Positions 58,001-64,000 of a DNA stretch of 64,000 nucleotides are shown here, piece after piece; within the stretch, counting starts at the first letter, position 1, and each line of letters begins with the position of its first letter. Source of the stretch: Desulfatiglandales bacterium. GTDB lineage: Bacteria; Desulfobacterota; DSM-4660; Desulfatiglandales; Desulfatiglandaceae. The DNA lies in NCBI GenBank assembly GCA_963662465.1, contig OY759599.1, positions 1,120,001 to 1,184,000 on the forward strand, read 5' to 3'. The translations under genes were made by a program, and so were the position numbers. Below the pieces are notes generated by a model that was not told the DNA's origin, searched no databases, and saw nothing but the letters and a program-made list of their open reading frames with translations.

Positions 58001-58666
58001 TTACAGTGGAACCGTGATCCCCTTCACATCAAAAGGACACTTGATCTTCCAGAACAGAAATTCGGCAACGATTCGACCCCGGATGCCGTATCGCAAAAGC
58101 CCGGAAACAATTATTTTTCCCGCACTCTTTAAAAACGGCATCGGATAGAGGGTCAGTGGACACTTGAACGTCTTACTTTCAAATGCATGGACAAGAATGC
58201 TTTTATCACCCAGCAGATTCCCCCTGCCGACCTGCCGTGCGTTGATCAAGAATTCAAATTCCAGTGAAGTGATTTTCACCGGGATGATCGTATTATTTTT
58301 CACTTCAAGCAGCAGCATGAAATCCTGCTGTTTATGTTCAGCGGGCTTACGCTTCCCACCGGTAATGACATCCACAAAATCTTCAAGTATTTCAAGAGTC
58401 TGTCGACCAAGCTCTCCCGAAATCGAATCCTTTTCATAGGAAATTCCCACCAGTGAAACTTGGAAATTGGACGCTGCCCATTTCAGGATATAGGGAAACC
58501 CGCTAACGAACATGAAACCGAGTACGGCAACGGCAAATGCCAGGGCAAGCACTGCTTTCCTCATTGTCCCACCGGTTTCAGGCAGTGAGTTGAGGTTTGA
58601 ACCGTCTGCGGAGCAAAAGGAATCCGTGTTCGGATAGGTTTTCCCGCATGCGGGACATTGTTTCAT
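58001..58666 (-). CDS. Zinc-ribbon membrane protein with LEA_2-like domain
   Basis: CPACG..CSADG, TM helix, LEVKNNT..IT.LEF..ING-like pattern. Confidence 0.6.
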   Translation of the reverse strand: MKQCPACGKTYPNTDSFCSADGSNLNSLPETGGTMRKAVLALAFAVAVLGFMFVSGFPYILKWAASNFQVSLVGISYEKDSISGELGRQTLEILEDFVDVITGGKRKPAEHKQQDFMLLLEVKNNTIIPVKITSLEFEFLINARQVGRGNLLGDKSILVHAFESKTFKCPLTLYPMPFLKSAGKIIVSGLLRYGIRGRIVAEFLFWKIKCPFDVKGITVPL

Positions 58667-58698
58667 GAAAATCGCCTTTTTTGATCAACCATTAGGGT

Positions 58699-59400
58699 CT
58701 ATTGAGGATTTTTCTTCGAAGGCTCGATCATAATAAGCGTGAACTCGGTATCCCCCATTGTGATCTTATCGTAGTTATTGAGACTGACATCCCCTGTAAT
58801 TTCCTCCCCGTTTACAAAAGTTCCGTTGGTTGAAAGATTGTCCCGCATCCAAAAAAGTCCGCGTCTAAACAACAGAATGGCGTGTTCTGAAGACATATTT
58901 TTATCGCTTTTTACCGCGATGTCCATACCGTTTCCCGCGCCGATCACATGCCGTCCCTCCCGGATCTCGTAATATGCTCCTGACGGCTCATGGGAGTAGG
59001 TGACCAAAAAACCCACCATTCGAGGTCTTACAATGGCATCATTTTTTGGGCCATTTTTGTCCGGTGAAATAACAACGGTTTTTCGCCTGGCCTTTTTTGC
59101 GCCGGCAGAAACCCTCTCGGGCACGGGGCCTTCCACTTTTGTTTTCCGGCGTGGACCACCGGAGACCTTGAGCGAAGCATTTCCAGACTGCATCAGGGTT
59201 TTTTCACGGGATGGGGTTCTTGCCCCTTGTCCACTCCCTGTGTCAGCCCGGCAGATTGGACAGACTTTCCAGGTGGGATCCATGATGTGCCCATTGGGGC
59301 AACGTATCTTTCCATCTATGTTCGGTATGGGGGCGCGGCATGCTTTGCAAAATCTGGCGCCGTCAGGATTGGTCGTCCGGCATTTTGGGCATTGAATCAT
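58699..59400 (-). CDS. Double zinc-ribbon FHA-domain protein
   Basis: CPKC..CKAC, CPNGH..CPIC; MSSEHA, DNLSTNGTFVNG. Confidence 0.88.
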   Translation of the reverse strand: MIQCPKCRTTNPDGARFCKACRAPIPNIDGKIRCPNGHIMDPTWKVCPICRADTGSGQGARTPSREKTLMQSGNASLKVSGGPRRKTKVEGPVPERVSAGAKKARRKTVVISPDKNGPKNDAIVRPRMVGFLVTYSHEPSGAYYEIREGRHVIGAGNGMDIAVKSDKNMSSEHAILLFRRGLFWMRDNLSTNGTFVNGEEITGDVSLNNYDKITMGDTEFTLIMIEPSKKNPQ

Positions 59401-59455
59401 CTGGAATCCTCCTCGGAATAAAGCGCCACTCTGGTGGGTGGCTCTGAATTCTGTT

Positions 59456-60952
59456 TTATTCGACTGCTTGACTATTTTTTTCCGATTTCACAACAATTTC
59501 AATCGGTCCGATCCGGATCACATCGCCTTCTTTGATGAAAACCGTCTCTTTGATATATTCACCATTCAACCGGGTGCCATTGGTGCTTCCGAGGTCTTTA
59601 AGCACCCATTGGTTGCCGTCGCCGGATATTTCCGAGTGGTAACCGGAAACCGTGTCCCCTTCAAGAACAATGGCACAGTCCGGATAAGCGCCGATTGTCA
59701 TAGGTTCCGGTTTAAGCGGAATTTCTATGCCTTTGTCGGATATCGAAAGGATCAAAGGATTTGGATTAGTGGGCGTCATGGGCTTTTCTTCAGACAATGA
59801 CGCCGGTTCCGCCCCCGTCACTTCGGAAGGCTTGGTTTCATGCGCATTGTCGCGCATTGTCTTTCTTTTTCTTTTGTTCAACACAAGAATCCCCAAAACG
59901 AGAATCGCTACGGCAACGGCGCCCAAACAAACAACTACAAGAATGTTTGGCATGTTGCCGATCACTTCAACCACCGGCACTCGGGATCTGCTTTCTGTTT
60001 CTAAATCTTCACTGGATGGTTTCTTGGCAACCTCCTTGAACAGGGGCGCTAGAAAATCAATTTCTCCCTTACAGATTTCGCCTCCCGGGTCAGCATATTG
60101 AACCTCCAGGTGGTGTTTCAACCCATCCCCCCTGAAATCGGCTTCAAGCTCAAGTACCTGCTGATCAAGAATATTGCCGGTGATGGCGGCGTAGGCCTCA
60201 TAAAGACCACTGCTTCCAGATACTTTCCGGTATTCTCCGCCGGTCATTTTTGCAAGACGCACCATATTATCCAAAAATTTTGCATCGGCCCTGCCGGCAA
60301 AACCGATGGTATAAATCGGAACATTGAACTTCCTGGCATTTGCTATGGCATCATCAAGGGTAAACCCGACGCCTTCATCTTTGCCGTCAGACAGCACCAC
60401 GAGATATCTCAGACGCGGAAGATCCGGACTTGCCAGCATTTCAAGGCCTGTGAAAACCGCCTTGAACAGAACGGTACTCTTTCCCCGGCAGTGAAGCGCA
60501 TTGAGCTTCTTCAGAAAAATGTCCGCATTTTCGGTAAAATCACAATCCTCAAAAACGTCGTCGTTAAAGCTCAGCAGTCCGACAAGATCTTGCGGCGCTT
60601 TCTGTTCCATCAGCTTTTTGATGGCCCCTTTTATGGCTGAAATCTGTTTTTTCTTCATGGAGCCGCTGGTATCGACGGCAAGCAGCAACACAATGTTTTC
60701 ACCGGACTTTTTAAGGGAGGAAACCTGTTTCACTGCTAACGCTTCTTTATCTTCCATGGCAGCCTTGAACTGTGGCAGAATTGCGGATTTGATTGCTGCG
60801 CCGTCCTTTTCAACAGTCAAAAAGATTCTTATTGAGGGGAATTGAGAGACGTCGTAGCTGTGAATTTTAAGCGTGAGTCCCGCAGCCGCGTTCTGTTGAG
60901 TCACCAGAACTAAGAAAACAATCAAAATATATGCTTTAAATTGTCCTTTCAT
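59456..60952 (-). CDS. Extracytoplasmic VWA - TM - cytoplasmic FHA protein
   Basis: Signal peptide, DTSGSM MIDAS, LSDGKD, TGG; VSGYH, DLGSTNGT. Confidence 0.88.
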   Translation of the reverse strand: MKGQFKAYILIVFLVLVTQQNAAAGLTLKIHSYDVSQFPSIRIFLTVEKDGAAIKSAILPQFKAAMEDKEALAVKQVSSLKKSGENIVLLLAVDTSGSMKKKQISAIKGAIKKLMEQKAPQDLVGLLSFNDDVFEDCDFTENADIFLKKLNALHCRGKSTVLFKAVFTGLEMLASPDLPRLRYLVVLSDGKDEGVGFTLDDAIANARKFNVPIYTIGFAGRADAKFLDNMVRLAKMTGGEYRKVSGSSGLYEAYAAITGNILDQQVLELEADFRGDGLKHHLEVQYADPGGEICKGEIDFLAPLFKEVAKKPSSEDLETESRSRVPVVEVIGNMPNILVVVCLGAVAVAILVLGILVLNKRKRKTMRDNAHETKPSEVTGAEPASLSEEKPMTPTNPNPLILSISDKGIEIPLKPEPMTIGAYPDCAIVLEGDTVSGYHSEISGDGNQWVLKDLGSTNGTRLNGEYIKETVFIKEGDVIRIGPIEIVVKSEKNSQAVE

Positions 60953-61058
60953 GATTTCTCCTTGAGCAGTTCAGCACTTCAGAAATTACATGTTCTCCAT
61001 TGGTTCAAACCTTGATGAACTCGTAAAAAAGTCGAATTCATAACGTTTTAAGAGAGCT

Positions 61059-63494
61059 TTAAACCTTGTCCCGCAGTCTAAGGGCGAGCATTGTCATGGC
61101 GACAAAACTGAAAATATAGATCCCAATCACCAGAAACAGAACGGATTCCTTTTCCATTGAACGATCGCCAAAAAACCGACTGCTGTAGGGATTCGAATGG
61201 CGTACGGAAGCTGAAGTTTGATCAGCACTGTTTGAGATTTTCGTTTGTTTATTGGTTTCCTCACTTTCTTTTCCTGAGTCCTCAATCCGGATGACATGCT
61301 CAAAAGCCCACCGGGAAGGAACAAAGCGAGAGAGAAAATGGGCCGAATCACCCATGTCTTTTACGGACAGCATGGCGCCGCCCAATATCACCATGGGCAG
61401 CAAAACCAGGGGGACAATGGCAATTGCCGCCTGTTGAGTTCTGGTGACGGACGATAGGAAAAGGCCAATGCTCAGGCCGGCAAGGGATGCCAGGAAGGTA
61501 ACCCACAGCATCCCGGAAAAAGATCCTTTAAGCTGAACCGACGGATGGATAATGCCCACCAGGACAGCACACTGAAAAAGGCAAAAACACCCCAGCACCA
61601 TATATTTTGAAAGAACATAAGCGGATATCTTCAGATTCACCATCCGTTCCCTCGTATATATGGCTTTTTCCGCAACAACCTCACGGACGGAATTTGATAT
61701 TCCGAACCAGAGGGCCGCGATAACGACCAAAAAAAGTGGGATCGCTGCTTGGTTGTTATCTCCTTTTCCGTGAAAAACAACTGAAACCAGGATTGCAATT
61801 ACGGGCGCTTGTAAAAGAAGAATCCCCGTATTGACATGGTCTTTTCGTTTGACGGTGAAAAACCGGGATGTGAGGGTCCACCATTGTTTTATCAAAAAAT
61901 CAAATGAGATCGGCTGCTTGCTGTTTTCGGGTCTCCGGGAAGCGGCAACATAGTCCTTCCGATCCTCAACATACTGCTTGAAATAGATGGAATTATGGTA
62001 TTCCGCCGCCCATTCCCGCTCATGGCGCAAAGACAACCCCTTCAAGGTATTGTCCGCATTTTCAACTATTTTTTCATGCGGTTGACCGGGATTAAAGAAG
62101 GTGATGGAATCTGGATAGGCTGGTCCGTAGTACATGAGCCTCCCACAGGAAAGAATAATTAAATTATCTAATTTTTTATAGATTTCAAGGCTCGGTTGAT
62201 GGATCACCAGGATGATTGTCTTTCCCTTATTGGCCAAACCGCGAAGGACGTCCATTACGTTAACGGCGTCCTCTGATGAAAGTCCCGATGTCGGTTCATC
62301 GAGAAAAAGCAGGCTCGGATCGGTCAAAAGCTCCATGGCCAGATTCAGCCGCTTCCGTTGCCCGCCGCTGATTCCCTTTGTTTCAGCGGAGCCGATGATG
62401 ACATTTCTAATATCGATGTTTCTTTTGGCATCCATCAGGCCGAGCTGCGTCAGGACGCTAACAATGCGAACACGGATTTCTTTTTCGGTTGTATCGATTG
62501 GAAGACGAAGCTTTGCAGTATAATAAAGAGCTTCAAAAACAGTCAGTTCCGGGTGGAGAATATCATCCTGGGGCACATAGCCGATACAGGTCCTGAACGT
62601 ATTATAGCTGGCGTAAAGAGACTGTCCGTTGACAAGAGAACGACCTGATTGCGGTGGCAGATATCCGTTCAGGGCAAGGAGCAGGGTCGTTTTTCCTGAT
62701 CCGGAAGGTCCCATCAAACCGACAAATTCGGAAGGATAAACGGTGAAGGATACCCCGCCCAGAAGCTTTTTGGCGGCACGAGCCTTCTTGTCGTAGACCT
62801 CGACGGTTATATCGTCGGCAGTCAGACGAATATCTCTGCGATAATCCCTTTTTTCAATCCGGTTGTTTGGGGTTAATGTGAAAGAGAAAGAGCTGATGGA
62901 AATTGTATCTCGTTCGGTTACAGAGCATGCGTTTATTCTAAGGCCATTCAGATATGTTCCGTTGGTGCTGGCAAGATCCTCAAGAAAAAAAACACCTTCC
63001 TTGATAATGAGCCTTGCATGATGCCAGGAAACCTGCGGGTAATCCAGACATATCGTGCAAGCGGGATCTCTTCCAATAATCGTTTCCCGCTCTAATATAC
63101 TTATAGCTTGAGGATCACTGGCACCGACAGGAGCGCCCGTTCCCGTTCCTATAATACGATTCAAATCAAGTGCTAGTTGATGGGTGCCCAGATGGATCGC
63201 ATCTCCAGGATTAAGCGGGAGCTTCTTAAAAGGGGGAATTCTGCCGCGGTTCAGATAGGTACCGTTGGTGCTTTCTAAATCCTCGATAAACAGATTGCCG
63301 CCCAGCAAAACAATGCGACAGTGTTGCGCTGAAACCATGGGATAATCTTCGACAATGTCGTTATGGAAGTCCCGTCCTATATTCCAAATTCGACCATTGC
63401 CCTTACGTATTGGTTTAGATCCGCAATAGCTGCAAAAGGTTGAATCGGGGTCAATTTGTTTCCCACACGTTGAACAGATCATTTCAAATTCCAA
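61059..63494 (-). CDS. FHA-FHA-ABC transporter (Rv1747-like ATPase/permease fusion)
   Basis: Two FHA domains (GR..VS..H..DL.STNGT), GPSGSGKT, ISGGQRKR, LDEPTSGL, ABC2 TM helices. Confidence 0.92.
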   Translation of the reverse strand: MEFEMICSTCGKQIDPDSTFCSYCGSKPIRKGNGRIWNIGRDFHNDIVEDYPMVSAQHCRIVLLGGNLFIEDLESTNGTYLNRGRIPPFKKLPLNPGDAIHLGTHQLALDLNRIIGTGTGAPVGASDPQAISILERETIIGRDPACTICLDYPQVSWHHARLIIKEGVFFLEDLASTNGTYLNGLRINACSVTERDTISISSFSFTLTPNNRIEKRDYRRDIRLTADDITVEVYDKKARAAKKLLGGVSFTVYPSEFVGLMGPSGSGKTTLLLALNGYLPPQSGRSLVNGQSLYASYNTFRTCIGYVPQDDILHPELTVFEALYYTAKLRLPIDTTEKEIRVRIVSVLTQLGLMDAKRNIDIRNVIIGSAETKGISGGQRKRLNLAMELLTDPSLLFLDEPTSGLSSEDAVNVMDVLRGLANKGKTIILVIHQPSLEIYKKLDNLIILSCGRLMYYGPAYPDSITFFNPGQPHEKIVENADNTLKGLSLRHEREWAAEYHNSIYFKQYVEDRKDYVAASRRPENSKQPISFDFLIKQWWTLTSRFFTVKRKDHVNTGILLLQAPVIAILVSVVFHGKGDNNQAAIPLFLVVIAALWFGISNSVREVVAEKAIYTRERMVNLKISAYVLSKYMVLGCFCLFQCAVLVGIIHPSVQLKGSFSGMLWVTFLASLAGLSIGLFLSSVTRTQQAAIAIVPLVLLPMVILGGAMLSVKDMGDSAHFLSRFVPSRWAFEHVIRIEDSGKESEETNKQTKISNSADQTSASVRHSNPYSSRFFGDRSMEKESVLFLVIGIYIFSFVAMTMLALRLRDKV

Positions 63495-63845
63495 CGAAGG
63501 CGAAGAAAGTGTACGATAAATTTGTTTTAACCAGAAATGCCCGTTAATTTAGAATATTTTTATTATGTCTTTACAATAACTATTTTATATTAAAGGTTTT
63601 TTTGTGCAAGTTACCAGCGGATTAAAACAGTCATCTTTCTTCCAATGAGTCCAATAGCTTGGGCAAAAGAATAAATTCATCGTGGAAGAAAGCGAATTTT
63701 AGTTGATTTCTCACTAGGTAATTAATATGAATAAATACTATTGTCAAACGGGAAGTGCTACGTCGCACATTATTTGACCGAAAAAGTATCGAAATAAGTG
63801 ACCTTATTTTGTCCCTATAGGGCGGTAAATATTCGGCTTAGGCCT

Positions 63846-64000
63846 ACATGATTCAATTTTTCAACAATGCTCAAAAAAAGGGGAGGGGAGTGGTGGGCCA
63901 TCCCGCACCGCATGAAAAGCAGGATTCAATCCCAGGCTCGGGCTCAGGCCCTGATCAAGATTCCGGAAGGGGAGGAATGCTTCGCGCCCGGAAATATCAT
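63846..64000 (+). repeat. Diverged duplicate of the moeA 3' end (other copy 46771-46929), runs off the window
   Basis: AAAAAAGGGGAGGGGAGTGGTGGGCCAT..CGCATGAAAAG..CTGATCAAGATTCCGGAAGGGG is shared by both copies. Confidence 0.9.

Noticed and set aside
61011..61035. CTTGATGAACTCGTAAAAAAGTC as a MITE/IS end
   Set aside because: No partner inverted end found in the window, so it cannot be supported.

Overview
The window is a chromosomal segment that looks like a Desulfobacterota (deltaproteobacterial) genome; this is inferred from gene content. Housekeeping blocks are a MacAB-TolC-type efflux operon, pspF/pspABC, nfo, a PEP/pyruvate-binding protein plus gdhA, fabH, an MFS transporter, fused hisHF and moeA. 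Three accessory regions interrupt them. (1) About 8.5-18.7 kb, bracketed by a diverged duplication of the nfo 3' end, holds toxin/nuclease genes, an attC-bearing GrpB cassette, REP-like palindromes and a diversity-generating retroelement (DGR) core (HRDC-RT-template repeat) with no matching target in the window. (2) A 14.4-kb integrase element (22480-36887) encodes primase-helicase, terminase, portal, scaffold and major capsid but no recognisable tail, connector or lysis genes. It is flanked by a near-perfect 16-bp direct repeat whose core is a sigma70 -35 box (TTGACA), and carries several structured intergenic elements. (3) About 47-64 kb, bracketed by a duplication of the moeA 3' end, holds an IS-disrupted AAA ATPase, an FHA/PP2C/Ser-Thr kinase cluster and the remnant of a second, different DGR: a DUF1566-like target with an NNC-codon variable region followed by a truncated avd. 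All family assignments come from motif recognition by eye; no database search was run.
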